A DNA stretch of 64,000 nt from Sporopachydermia quercuum (GCA_001599295.1 BCGN01000007.1:694433-758432); one strand, 5' to 3'. Numbered from the stretch's first letter, positions 1 to 12,067 are shown. Numbers and translations are program-made. Notes: generated by a model from the sequence alone, not told the origin.

Positions 1-47
1 GGAGTGGGAAAGTTTGAGGATTTGTCGGCTGGAGAGACTTCCGTCAT
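1..47 (-). CDS. Probable first 15 codons of a gene running off the left edge (MTEVSPADKSSNFPT...)
   Basis: Minus-strand ACAATG in good context at 47, frame open to the window edge. Upstream minus strand (about 540-840) is pyrimidine-rich, like a yeast promoter/leader. Too short to identify. Confidence 0.35.
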   Translation of the reverse strand, partial: MTEVSPADKSSNFPT

Positions 48-1985
48 TGTTGCTGGTTCTATGAGGAGAAGGTATATTGAGACACAAAGCTGTGGTCTGT
101 CGTTTATGGAATGTTCCTAATTCAGCAATCTGTGTAATACTGGGTTCGTCTTTGTGATTTGAGCTTTTCTTTGTAGTCTACGACCTGTGTACAAGGTTGC
201 TACGCCTGGTGCGCAGTTTTTCGGTATTTCTTGGGCAAAAATTCGGCCAGATGCCAGTTTCTCTGGTGAAACCCACTACTTACCCCGCATAAACGACTTC
301 CCAAACGGGTGAGAACAGGTCCAAAACTGTGAGGTTGATCAAGCAGGAAACCAGAAAGAACAATTGAAAAGTTTGCTGCAATCGTTGTATGGTTTTCCTT
401 TCGTGTTTGCTGCTGTTCTGCTAAAGCTGACCCAAAATTTGAGATTCTGAACACAATATCCCTTTTATTTATCCACAAAACTTCAATAGTCTTTGTACAA
501 TCGGATAAGTCCAAGTTTCTATCCTTTGACCGAGAAATTATCATATAAAGAGGAAAGGAAAGAGAAATTAAGCAGTAGAAGTTGAAAGAAAAAGCAGGAA
601 ATTTTTGGTTGGGTTTTCGCGGTAATAATAATTGTGCAAAAGACTTTTACTTTGTGCCAGTTAAACGTTTAAGGAAGAAGGAAAGACACGCGAAACAAGG
701 TTAAGCTTATGCTTAAGGTTTTAAGTTTTGATGCAGACCAGAAGCAGCAAAAGATTAATAGGGTGAAGTTTAACTGAAGCAATTTGTACGTAAGGGGAAA
801 CGGAAAAAGAAAAAGAGAAGTAGAAGAATGAAAGGAACANGCAAGGCCAGAGAAGACAGAGATATAGACCGATTGTGTAGATGATATTCAATTCATCTCA
901 GAAGCTGCACTGTATTATCTGTAAAATACTTATTAATCTTTTTCTCCTTGCTTAGAATTGTCTACGTTTGAGTGTTTGGGAGGTAGTTGGGAGAGTTAGT
1001 AGGTGTGTCTTCTTTTTTTTTTCAATATAAGTTTCTGATTTTTTTGTTCTCCTTCCTTTTCTTGGTTGCCTTTAATATGAATTCAGATTTTATTTTGTGC
1101 TAGGCACTGAAGATTATCGCGTGATTGGCTAATAGTTCTTTTTCTTTCTTTTGCCTAACCTATTACTGGCAGTTTTCAACCAATTCAATGTCGTTTTTAT
1201 CAAATTTAAGCATACTTTATAATAATAGATGAAAAGCTGGTTTTTAATGGGACTTTAGGCAGATAGATTGAGTCATAATTTAACTGGGAGTTAAGTGGAA
1301 ATTGAGACTCCAACATCAAGGCAAGGGATTCCGGGTAAATCGTGGGTTCTGGGGTTACCGTTTTGATAAAACTGTGATAAACAGGCCGGAATTTTACGAC
1401 TAAGTGTTGGTCAATTATTGTGGGGATATGAAAATATCAATTTAACATTGGTAGAAAATAATACTGGTACGTTTCTTTCTTTTTCTTCCATCTTCATTGT
1501 GGAAAACCCCATAATAAACGGTCATCATCATTTCAAGAAAAGCATCAAACGCCGTTGAAACATTGGTATAACCTAGAATGTGGGGCAATTGAAATGATTT
1601 ACGTACAACATGTGGAAAATGAAAATACAGTTTGATCAAAAGTTGAATCTTATTTGAATATAGTAATGACTACTGTTTTTAGTAAATATTGAATGCGGGG
1701 AAACTACCGATTTAGTTCATGCTCCACAATTCAACCACCATCACCCACCCGAAAACAGTAAATTGTCCTCAACTTAATTTATCCTAAGTTGACCAAGAAT
1801 CCTAACGTTAACCGAATATTTATGTCCGAATAAAACTTTAATTGGGTTCTGCAACAAAATCTAATTAATCAACTTGTTTCAAACAAATTAATGTCAATCG
1901 ACCCTTTATTGACCAATTATAAGCAGTTTCATAAGGTAAATGCAACGAACAATAAAGAATATAGTAATTAACTTCATGGAAATAA

Positions 1986-2202
1986 GCTATCACCTGAAAT
2001 CCGGGGTAGTCTCGGCGGTACTGGTGATAGCACTCCCATTTTCCTGAGATTCAAAATAAAACGAATTTACGATAGTAACGGCTTAGTTTGTTCATTAGCT
2101 AATACGGGAACGCCTGACCTAGACCTATGGCTACGTGTCGGTTGGGTCATTAATACTCTCATACTCGGCGTAAACCAAATGTAATGCTAGAGCAACATTT
2201 GG
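1986..2202. other. Cluster of three hairpins; candidate structured RNA element
   Basis: GCTATCACC(1986-1994)/GGTGATAGC(2023-2031) perfect 9 bp with inner CCGGG/CTCGG; TGACCTA/TGGGTCA (about 2115-2149) flanked by CGCC/GGCG; CCAAATGT/ACATTTGG perfect 8 bp (2175-2202). Confidence 0.3.
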
Positions 2203-3563
2203 AATTGTTAGTAACACCTTCCACCGTTTGCAGTATTTGTAATAGTTTGATATTTGTTGTAAGAAACGTGTTTTTGTTCGCTTGATTCAGGCACCAATGT
2301 GTACCTTTAGTTTCTGTTCATCTGAGAAAGGATAAAATAATTATGATGTAATCAGTAAATAACCCTAAATTAACCTCGCATATACGAATATTTATTCCTT
2401 GGACGACATAATCGGTTCAATTGAGAAGCATATAAATCTACGGTCATTCGCGACACCCAAATAGAGCTATCTCTATGTGTTACTTTTATTTACTTATTTC
2501 GCTGAATGGGTGCCAATTGGCGTGAAAAGAGCGCGTCAAGTTAAGATTTATTCCTCCCATTTTAAACATCACGTGATTCGGGCTTCAAGGTTGTGATATT
2601 TACATCTTAACGGTTTGGTTTGATCTTGTTTATAGGTCTTTTCGGATAAATGTGTATGGTATTTTTTATCATTTTTATGTAATTAAATTCACAGTCTCCT
2701 AATTGAATGAGATCAAAGTATATTACAGATATTAAAGGAGTCATTGCCAAAAAATAGCACGATGTAGGGTTCAATTTGGTCGGCCAAAGTATCATGCTAT
2801 CTAAATTGCCGTTGATCTGATTCTGTTGCCGATTTGTTCCGACCCGATGTTAGTATAGGCAACCCTGTTCATATTTATCCCAACACCCTGTTGGATATAG
2901 GTTGTTAGCTGTTATTTTTATTACGTTATGTTCAATAAAATGTCATGAAATATTAAGCAAATGCTTATTACTAGAACTCGTAAACAAATCAGAATACCGG
3001 ATAGATTAATAACAGTTACTTCCTTTTCTTTCGAAAGGAAGGGAAAGGAAAGAGTTTACATTTTTAGTCATCAAACGTGTTCCAATTGTTAGTTTGCAGT
3101 AATCGTAATNCAGGTCTTTTACTTCTCTATGAATAGATCGTCACGTCTTCAGTAACTACCAACTAATAACAGATCATAGCGTAGTATGATAGGATATATT
3201 TCATTCCATATCATAAACACGTTTTATTGTCAAACATCTACTAACTGACTGGCAAACTATTGATCCATCAAGTACCATTAGCATTCCAATTGGTTATTTC
3301 CCTACAAAGTAATGCCTTCAACGCCAAGCAACAATTAGCNGGCAAGCTGATTATCTTTCCTTGAACGATTGAATGAACTGATTTATAGCATTAAGAAAAA
3401 AAACCTACTATGGAATTGGTAAATGANCGAATATATACTTGCAGTAGGTGACATTAGCTATGTCATAAATATTATATAACAATATGTGATAAAATAAATT
3501 TAAAGTAAAATTAAGGAAATATCCTATGGGACAAGTCCTTTATTGATGGATCAGCTACTGACA

Positions 3564-3607
3564 GAATATCAACGGAATACCACCAGAATACCACCAGAAT
3601 ACCACCA
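3564..3607. repeat. 11-bp minisatellite (GAATACCACCA)x3 plus one degenerate copy
   Basis: gaatatcaacg-gaataccacca-gaataccacca-gaataccacca read directly. Confidence 0.9.
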
Positions 3608-4287
3608 GCAATTGATGCCAATGGATTTACGTATTTTGCTTGCCTTGGTATTCAAAAGTNCTAGTTTTCTATTCGATGTATTTAAGGTAATACTTACTAT
3701 AAATTATGATCTCGAATTGACTAACACAGNTTGAACCGGCTCGTAATCTATTCAAGATTCCCATGAGCATATGCATGTATATTTTTCACTCACTCCCCAT
3801 ATCCTTGCAGCATTTGATCCAAACAGACATCATAATATATTTATTTCAATAATTTATGGCTGACCATGACAGAACTCAATAATACTACGAAACACTACTC
3901 AATCACGTAATCTGCTATTTTCCTATGACAACAATTCATTAGTTCCACTTTTTCTCCCTAGAAGAAATCAAACGCTTAGGTGCAGGTTTCTCTACGAAAA
4001 TCAACAACTTGGACAGCTTGGATANCTTAGATAGCTGGTACAAGTTGGGCAATCTGGGTCATTATAAATCAATACTTCTGCAGGATGTATAAGGTTGCTC
4101 GTCTGGCTAAACAAACAACGAGCAGTCGAGAATTTGATATCTATGAGCTCTGAAGATGGTAGATTAGTCCCGGGTCCTTACAGAAATGACTCTAAAACTA
4201 ATTTGAGATGATTGAACTGACTTGAACAGGTTTGAATATACCAGGAAGTGGATTAAATCATGCAATGAATTATAGGATTGGACTACC

Positions 4288-4320
4288 AATAAATGCTAAT
4301 AAATGNTAATAAATGCTAAT
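4288..4320. repeat. 10-bp tandem repeat (AAATGCTAAT)x3 in the SPA2 3' region
   Basis: aat aaatgctaat aaatgntaat aaatgctaat. Confidence 0.85.
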
Positions 4321-4426
4321 GTAATATATAATATAACATTTATACATATAATACGTATAATATGTATGATTTGTACAGTATGTACAGTACTGATAATACA
4401 ATATAATACTCCGCTTGTTCTCAAGT

Positions 4427-7400
4427 CTATTTCCTCATTCTTTGCTCCAACATTTTGATCTCTTCCTTTAAACTNACCTCTTCAACAGCTCTCACAAGCT
4501 CCTTGGTACATTTAGCAATATCAAAGGAAATCCCTGCAAGCTTTTGTCGATACTGTTTATCAGGATAATAAACTTCTATTTCCTCATCATCATCAGAAAC
4601 ATATTCTTCATCTTCTGCTAATTCTTCTTCTACCATTTTCCTTTTAACCACATGTCGATCACTTGTTAGAAGTAATGCCTGCATTCTGTTTCTGCAATCT
4701 TCTAAACCGTGAACAATCCATAATCCTTTCTCTTTTAGCTCTTTATTTCGCATTTGGGCCATACTTACTCTGCAGGCTTCTGCCATATGTTCGATTACGT
4801 TTGAGATTGCTTGGGAATGAATGTTTAGAGCGTTCATAGTGGATTCGTCGGCTTTGATTGATTGTAGTAAGGCTTGAATGGTGTCGATTACTTGGACAGT
4901 CTGATGTTCTAGATAAAGGCATAATTCCGAGACTGAATGGTCAGGATCTTCGATGTTGTACTGTTCGACTTTGAAGTTTGAACGTTGTTCTTCACGTTTG
5001 CGGGTGGCATATTCGTGGGCTGCGGAGGTTGTGGATACAGCGACATCAGTGGATGAAGTGGTTGAGAACCCTCTTTGAAAAGGTTCGACCGATTCATCCG
5101 AGATCTTTTCCGAGGGAGCAGATCCCAATCCATCATTATTGCCACTATTTGAACCTTCAGGCTTTAGGTGACCATTAGCAAGTCTCGATTTAGGTTCACT
5201 TTCAGAGTCGGGTTTCGGCATGATTTCCTCCTCTGGTTCTTGTGGCTCAGCTATATTAGAATCATGTTTGTCATTAATCTCGGTCCTATTTGGTGTCTCC
5301 GAAGAATCTTCCTGTTGCGCAGATTCACTGAAAACGGACTTTTGAATAGACTCGGGGCTTGCAACAACAGAATCGATGTCTTGAGCCTCTTGCGCCTCTT
5401 GCACCTCCTGGGCTTCCTCAACTTTTTCGGTTTTCACGACTTCTTGAGCTTTTCGGGCTTTCACGGCTTCCTGAGCCTCCAGATCATCTTTAATATCGGA
5501 AACTGATCCAGATATTGTCGTTTCCGGTATTTCCTCCGTTTTCTCTTCCGTTTTCTGCTCCGGTTTCCGCTCCGGTTTCCGCTCCGGTTTCTTAATCTTC
5601 TCCATTTTCTTTCCTACATCAACTCCGACAGCAATCACGCGGGGAAACCCTCCGCGGTGTCCCTCGTTCCCCTCCAGTAAGCTTTCACGACTTCTCCCCG
5701 CAATCTGAATATCCGCTTTTGGGCTAGAAGTCCCAATAACACCTTCAGTCCCATTATCAGTCACATTCACGACTTCCTGCCCAGCCACATTACTTTCCGA
5801 CCGGTTTCTCACAGTCCGGATAGCCTCATTACTGCCCCCATTACTATATCCGCTATTATATCCATTACCATTATTATCCGCCCTGCGCCACAATCGATTA
5901 CCTATATTGATGGACCGCAAAACAGGCTCATTCATCATCAGACTTCCCTCCCGAGCTCTTTCCTCTTCTTCCAGCTTTGATGAGCCTTCTAAATTTCCCT
6001 CTAAGGTGCTCTTAGATAGGTTCAGGCTAACGTTATCTAAGGAGGTGGAAGCAGAAGGATTGACTAGGATATTACTGGAAATGAAAGAGTTTCGACCTAA
6101 AGAGGAATAGATATTATCTGGAGCGGTGATATCGGATATGCATCCAGATTTAAGGTTATTTGCTGCATTGATGGAGGTCTGTGGCTGAGTAAACTTGATC
6201 TCACTAGCGCACAGTATCACTTCTCTTGCTGCAGAAGTGACCACAAAGGAAGGCACTACTGAGCCTCCAATGTTTGTGTAATACCGAATACATGTGATTA
6301 GATGTTCCACTGCCAGTTTGAGCAGATTACTTTGGGACACTGTTGCGGCTTCTGTCACAAGGTTTCGGAGTAACCGGAGCATGGTCCCCGTTTGCGTACC
6401 GTCGTTTGTCGCACGAACAATTTGTTCTACAATAGAAGCAAGCGGCGTAAGTGATAGGTCAGCCGGGTCAGAAGGTAGACTTCCTAATTGAGAAGATCTG
6501 GCGGCCGAGGAGTATTTGTTTTTCCAGTATGTAACTTGCGTTTTAAGCTCTTCTACGTCCTTAGTCAGTTTAGCAACCATCTCTGACTCCGTTTCCGTGA
6601 CTGCTATACTTTTCGCTTTGTCTTCCGCTTCCGGTGTTCCGTCCCTTAATTCATCCATCTCCATGACCAATAGCGTTTTCTGCTTGGTAAGCTCGTCTAT
6701 CTCCGTTTTCAGATCGGTGATTTCTTCATCTTTGTGTTCTATATCTCCTTCAAGCTCCGTGATTAATTTATCCATTCGTGTGGCTTCCGCTAGTAAGATT
6801 TCCACGTCTCTTTGAGATTCGTCCAAGATGGAAGAATTGGTGAGACGGTCAGATTTCCAGGATTCCCCTCCCCGAGAACTTGAACCCGTAGCAAATGTTC
6901 CGACAGACTCTGCATCCCGATTAGAGTGCATCGAGCTTCTAAGAACGGAAGACAGGTCATACCTAGAATCATGGCCGTCGGATGAACTATATGCAGTATT
7001 TCGGTTTGAGTTTGAATCTGTTTCGGAATAATTCGGAACAGTAGCGTTGTTGACCGATGCAGTGGCCCGAGACACCACTCCCGTTCCAGTTTCTTCCGCT
7101 TGATTGGACAAGTATGAAGATTCAGTATCCTGTGCCTCATTATTAGCATTTTTCTTTGACCTTAGGGCGTTTATTCCTAATCCAACNCCAAAGCCACCGA
7201 CTGCTGTGGCGGCAGCGGCTGTAGCAGCTGTTCCAAGCGAGATTCCTTCATTAGACTGTGGCTTGATGTCCAGACTAGGAAAATGATCGCCATTGGCGTT
7301 TGACTTAGCCACATTTCGGTAACTTTCATCCTGTGACGGAACCTTATTGAAATCTTCATCCTCCTGTTCTTTTCGGCTTGAGCCTCGGTTCAGATCGGGA

Positions 7401-8314
7401 AAACTCATTCCAAGTCCATCCGCATTGCTTTCTTGGCGTTCTCGGTTAATGTCCCGTTTTAGCTCGGTAATATCAAANTTTTCTTCCTCTTCTGACTCAG
7501 AGCCTTCGTTTTCCCCGCTGACCCCGCTGGAATTAGCTTCAAGCCGTTTCAAAGATTTTGCCCTATTGAGTTCCCAGCTCCGTTTTGACCCGTCTTCTGC
7601 GGGGTCCTCGTCAGAATTTCCTTCATCAGAAAAATCATATTTGGCTAACCTGTCTATTCCGCTTTGACTCTCAGGCAAACTCCTGGATTCAAAATCTAAC
7701 GTGGACATATCGGGAGAAACTACCGCGGCTACACCGACACCTTCGCTTGGAATAGCAGGAACAGGCAGTCCAGCCTCGGTCAGTTGCCTTCGGAACTCGG
7801 CTTCAGACTCTTGTTCACTTTCGTCGTCGGAATCCGATACCAGCGTCGATTTCAGAGGGATGATTGTCTTAGTTTGAACACTTTGTAACGTCGGAAGAGC
7901 CGAAGTGCTTTGGCTGCCTACGTCTATGTCTGGAACTCGGCGTTGGATCTCATATTGAATATCCGAGATCAAATCTCGGAACCGAGGAGCAGGCAACGTA
8001 GACAGCTTCTTCCGAGCTAAGTTGCGCTTGGGATGGAACACTTCTACCGAGGGTAAATAATCGGTTCCAGTGAGAACATTTGATCTTCTTTGCAATTCGT
8101 CATAAACGTCTGTTGACAATTCCATGAACTGGTTTTTAGACAGCTTGAGCAACTTGCTTCTGGCTTTCTCAGTACGAGAGACTGATTTCGCGGGATCGGA
8201 GTTTTGGTGGGTGCTTGTCACAGGATTGGTATTCAAATACTGCCGCGAAGCCAGTAAATGCGCTTGAAGCGTGTTTGCATACTTTAGATCCTGTGGGGTA
8301 TCAACACTGTTCAT
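4427..8314 (-). CDS. SPA2: Polarisome scaffold Spa2 (1295 aa)
   Basis: Two N-terminal SHD/GIT repeats (KARSKLLKLSKNQFMELSTDVYDELQRR; RNLARKKLSTLPAPRFRDLISDIQYEIQRR), a central coiled coil, and a C-terminal SHD-V-like region (LYLEHQTVQVIDTIQALL...QKLAGISFDIAKCTKELV). Confidence 0.92.
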   Translation of the reverse strand: MNSVDTPQDLKYANTLQAHLLASRQYLNTNPVTSTHQNSDPAKSVSRTEKARSKLLKLSKNQFMELSTDVYDELQRRSNVLTGTDYLPSVEVFHPKRNLARKKLSTLPAPRFRDLISDIQYEIQRRVPDIDVGSQSTSALPTLQSVQTKTIIPLKSTLVSDSDDESEQESEAEFRRQLTEAGLPVPAIPSEGVGVAAVVSPDMSTLDFESRSLPESQSGIDRLAKYDFSDEGNSDEDPAEDGSKRSWELNRAKSLKRLEANSSGVSGENEGSESEEEEXFDITELKRDINRERQESNADGLGMSFPDLNRGSSRKEQEDEDFNKVPSQDESYRNVAKSNANGDHFPSLDIKPQSNEGISLGTAATAAAATAVGGFXVGLGINALRSKKNANNEAQDTESSYLSNQAEETGTGVVSRATASVNNATVPNYSETDSNSNRNTAYSSSDGHDSRYDLSSVLRSSMHSNRDAESVGTFATGSSSRGGESWKSDRLTNSSILDESQRDVEILLAEATRMDKLITELEGDIEHKDEEITDLKTEIDELTKQKTLLVMEMDELRDGTPEAEDKAKSIAVTETESEMVAKLTKDVEELKTQVTYWKNKYSSAARSSQLGSLPSDPADLSLTPLASIVEQIVRATNDGTQTGTMLRLLRNLVTEAATVSQSNLLKLAVEHLITCIRYYTNIGGSVVPSFVVTSAAREVILCASEIKFTQPQTSINAANNLKSGCISDITAPDNIYSSLGRNSFISSNILVNPSASTSLDNVSLNLSKSTLEGNLEGSSKLEEEERAREGSLMMNEPVLRSINIGNRLWRRADNNGNGYNSGYSNGGSNEAIRTVRNRSESNVAGQEVVNVTDNGTEGVIGTSSPKADIQIAGRSRESLLEGNEGHRGGFPRVIAVGVDVGKKMEKIKKPERKPERKPEQKTEEKTEEIPETTISGSVSDIKDDLEAQEAVKARKAQEVVKTEKVEEAQEVQEAQEAQDIDSVVASPESIQKSVFSESAQQEDSSETPNRTEINDKHDSNIAEPQEPEEEIMPKPDSESEPKSRLANGHLKPEGSNSGNNDGLGSAPSEKISDESVEPFQRGFSTTSSTDVAVSTTSAAHEYATRKREEQRSNFKVEQYNIEDPDHSVSELCLYLEHQTVQVIDTIQALLQSIKADESTMNALNIHSQAISNVIEHMAEACRVSMAQMRNKELKEKGLWIVHGLEDCRNRMQALLLTSDRHVVKRKMVEEELAEDEEYVSDDDEEIEVYYPDKQYRQKLAGISFDIAKCTKELVRAVEEXSLKEEIKMLEQRMRK

Positions 8315-8873
8315 AAGGTCTGGTGGGATGCACTGCTTGTTATGTCTCGTGTCGTATTGTGTGTTGTGTGTTGTATAATGAATTCAGATTATAATTCACG
8401 TTATGTTGATCTTCCTGTTCCTGTTTTTTTCTTCTAATGCATACTTCTAATTGAACAATAAGTAACAGGCCAGCTTNATAAAGAAACGAGCGGCTAACGA
8501 ATTGATAATACGCTTTAACAAAAAATCACCAAAATATTCAAAATATACAAGCAAAACTGCAGTCACCGCGTCTAGTGGAAATTTTTGACGCTGTTCGCTT
8601 CAAATGAATGTACGTCCTTCGAATTGATTTATATGGATATCTAACAGGAGTGTTGTTAGGTTGTCAAAATCAAGATGATAGGATGGCAGTTAGAATGCAG
8701 CGTCAGTGTCTAAACACCATAATACGATTTGAAATGTCGAATTTCTAACTGTTGATGGTTTCAAAGCAAATAATGATAGTAAACAAACGATGATTCGCTT
8801 TAATCAACGGATAATAGAAAAGTATTGTCTGTTGGTGGTGCAGCGAAAGGACAAAACGAATGGAGGAAAGGGA

Positions 8874-9387
8874 ACGCGTCGAATCTTTGTTGTACGTTTT
8901 GTGGTAGTTTTTGAGATCTAGCACAAAAAAGATTTTAAGGTTAAGGTTGGTCCCAAAACGAATAGAAGATTAGATTGAGGTTCAAGGAGCTCAGTCGGGT
9001 AATTTGTTGAGATGAGACACAAGGTATATTGAAGAGAAGAGAGGCAGAGTAATTAGGAGTTTATGCTGAGGAAGTTGAGGGAAAGCTGGAAGACTGTTTC
9101 TCAATAGTGAAGGTAATTTCGCTGAGGGTTAGGCGATTGTTCAGGCAAATGTTACAGTAGTCTTTCAACATGTTTTCTGGTTACGTAATCCGAAATTTAT
9201 CTGTAGTCTGGTTTTTGGCTCCCTGGAATGGGATAATGTGGCCATTTTACGTTTTCGATTACGCGGTTGACAAATAAATTATGCAGCACCATGTAGAAAC
9301 ATGAAGNGCACAGTGGGTGAAAAGTGTGGAAGTTNGTTTTCATGCAGAAAATGAAGATAATAGAAGCAATTGTCAGCAGTTACGCGT
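8874..9387. promoter_or_regulatory. Two MCB elements (ACGCGT) upstream of SPA2
   Basis: ACGCGT at 8874-8879 and 9382-9387. Confidence 0.5.
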
Positions 9388-10673
9388 CATAGAATCAAGA
9401 ATCGTAAGCGAGAAGAACGACATTGGAGGCTTACTTATGAGTTACTAAGAGAACGAACACTCAGAATTGTGAAAATGATCCAAATTTGGGCCTATTCAAT
9501 ACTCTAGAAAATATTTGACCGCTTCAACTGTATTTTTCGACGACTTCAGAAAAACCTCCATTTTTACCTTCGCTCATTTAGCAAAGCCGTTGAGATTCAT
9601 ATTTGTCACATGATCAATGGATCAATGACTCATTACTCGTGAATTACTGAATTGGGAAATATGAACTGAAACTCAATATTTTACCTTCCTATTTAGGAAC
9701 TATCTGGCTCATACTAATGATGATTGACAGAGATTATTACATCTATTGCAGAGTATTATCACAATTGATGGATTTATTTACGACCAAAATACGGTAAATT
9801 TGATGTTGGTAGGTATATAAACGGGTTTGGAAAAGGCATGGTTATTTGGGAAAAGTTAAATAGGAGAATTTCGTTCGTTGTTGGATATTAGACAGAACAG
9901 CGCAAGCAGGTGCCATTCAATATCCCCATGTCCAATGACTGTAGATGAGATGATGTTGCCCATAAAAATAACTGATCTCAATAACATAATTGAAATTTAA
10001 GTGTAAATGTAACAGCTATTTGAATTGGGCATGGGGTTATACTACGATGGTAATCTTTTAGTTTTTCATATACCTGCAGAAAGTTACTGATTACAGAACT
10101 CCTTGAGCGAAAGGAAAACTTAGGATGAAAATTGATACTAAGATCTCTAACACATACTATTTGAGCGATTTTAACTTGAAAGATCATTCCCGATGCTGAA
10201 CTTGTCGAAAGAATTTCTCTCTCACTTANTGACTCAATCTGACTCAATATACCGTCATCATGGCAACTTAACAAAGATACAAAAGCAGATATTTCTTTCT
10301 AACAGAGAGACAAGCAGCGTCGATAAACACTCCCAGTATGAACACCAGTAATCCCATTATTTTTTCTTATTATTGAACAATGGATTAGACATAGTAGAGC
10401 TCTATCATTATAATGATAAAAAGATGGACCAATGACCATATTTCGGTTTAAGGCTTAGATATATATCATGCCTACTATTACACTCCCAAATCTACCTNGA
10501 AACGATATTATACAGACATAATCAAAACTTTCAGTTCTCATATACAAACTACATAAGTATTGAGTCTGTACCCATCTCCATACAAATAATTACTCGTATC
10601 AGAGGGCTAAATCATAACGATTCTTCAAACAGTAAAAACAGTAGGCCTTTTGTCGGCTTTCTGTTTTCTTTCC

Positions 10674-10683
10674 TATATACAAG
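10674..10683 (-). promoter_or_regulatory. Puf3-binding element in the MRPL15 3'UTR
   Basis: Minus strand CTTGTATATA matches CNUGUANAUA, about 120 nt after the stop. Confidence 0.65.
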
Positions 10684-10802
10684 AATTCCACACACACAAC
10701 CATAATGATTCGTTTCCTTCTAGCAAGCCATATTATCCTTATAACAAGCACGTTCTTTTCCTTCCATTCACTATTAGTTCATTTTCGTTGGCATAATTAT
10801 TT

Positions 10803-11531
10803 CTAGTTACTCAATTCCTTGGCTATGTTTACCAAAGAATGTTCATAATCTTTGTTTAATAGTTTTTCAAAAATAAACTTCTTAGCAACATTGTTGCCCT
10901 TTGATAAACTCAAACTTCCTACTATTGAATTAAGGAGACCTGCTGTGACTTTACGAAAACCGGAAGCCTCATAATCATTTGCAAATCTTGGTTTCCAGAA
11001 TAATTCTTGATGCACTTCATGTCTTTTGATGAATTCACTTAGAACATCTTCATCTAGTAACGCTTTGGACATAAATGTCCCTAATGGATCGAAATTCTTA
11101 CCGTTTATGGAAAAACTGTTGTTGTTCTCTTGATTCACGACATACAATGCTGCTTCTAATTTAAGTAGATGAGATCCAAAAACCATCAGCTTCTCGTTGT
11201 AAGGTTTCAGCCCGTGGGCAAAACTCTTATGCGTCAATGCTTGCAATAATGTCTCATTGCTTATACCCTCACTGATCTCAGGTCCCAATAGGTCTTTCAC
11301 TTTGGTAACATTTTTGTCAGTTGCACCATATTCTCTGTTATTGATATCCAAGTACCGGGATGGTTCCTTTTTCATTCCTTGATCAGGTCTCAAAATTCTT
11401 CTTCTATTTTTAATTATGACCAATGTGCGTATTTGGTTGCCAATACTTGATTTTATCGTTCCTGAGGTTCCATAGCTCGGTACCAACAATCTGGTAGAGC
11501 TCCTTGCTATGGCTGTTCTNATGGCAGACAT
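10803..11531 (-). CDS. MRPL15: Mitochondrial ribosomal protein mL57 (RNase III-like fold)
   Basis: LLQALTHKSFAHGLKPYNEKL motif and Arg/Ser-rich presequence. First ATG is 11531; the ORF-track start at 11552 is TTG. Confidence 0.85.
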   Translation of the reverse strand: MSAXRTAIARSSTRLLVPSYGTSGTIKSSIGNQIRTLVIIKNRRRILRPDQGMKKEPSRYLDINNREYGATDKNVTKVKDLLGPEISEGISNETLLQALTHKSFAHGLKPYNEKLMVFGSHLLKLEAALYVVNQENNNSFSINGKNFDPLGTFMSKALLDEDVLSEFIKRHEVHQELFWKPRFANDYEASGFRKVTAGLLNSIVGSLSLSKGNNVAKKFIFEKLLNKDYEHSLVNIAKELSN

Positions 11532-11756
11532 TCTTGTTCTCAAACTGTCCAAAACTCAATGCTGAAGTGTCATGAATAAGTGCTATGAAGCAAGATGCAN
11601 ACAACACTCTCAGTTAGATGCAATAGAAAAGAAANAGTGCTCTGCAAAAGCACTTTAATATCGAGTTAGTTGTGTCGATGGATTGTATGATACCGGTTGA
11701 TAATTCAGCTATGTACTGCCTATTTGTGTCGGAATGAGTAGCGATTTGTGGTTTAC

Positions 11757-11894
11757 TGAAAAATTTCACCTGGTTACCCTGCTTTTAGTATTGATATTAT
11801 CTCCGCAAAAACTTAATTCTTTCCGTCCTAAATATTTTTCCACAATGTATTCCACGTCTTTTTCGGACACAAGTATTTTGTCCTTCTCACGTGA
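11757..11894. promoter_or_regulatory. RRPE element and Cbf1-type E-box in the MRPL15/ROK1 divergent promoter
   Basis: TGAAAAATTT at 11757-11766 (RRPE, expected for a ribosome-biogenesis gene) and TCACGTGA at 11887-11894. Confidence 0.55.
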
Positions 11895-12067
11895 AATTTA
11901 TTTCCAGAGCAAATCTCCACAGAAAAATATTTTTGTTATGTAGGATATCCATCAATCGCTTAAATATTTGCTATATGTATGAGTATATATGTGAATTGTT
12001 CTGCTTAATTAGCATTTGATAGTATAAAAGCAATCAAATTCACCAGCAAAGACTTGTACAATCAAGT

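Noticed and set aside
200..544. 114-aa ORF and other 60-140 aa intergenic ORFs (9978-10274, 14530-14865, 37599-37982, 52604-53017)
   Set aside because: No domain or coding-like composition; they overlap likely UTRs or the RPL24 intron.
3543..3852. Small spliced ORF using a 43-nt GTAATA...GACTAAC-ACAG intron (3687-3729)
   Set aside because: Intron very short with a weak 5'SS; the product is unrecognisable and built on an 11-bp (non-triplet) minisatellite.
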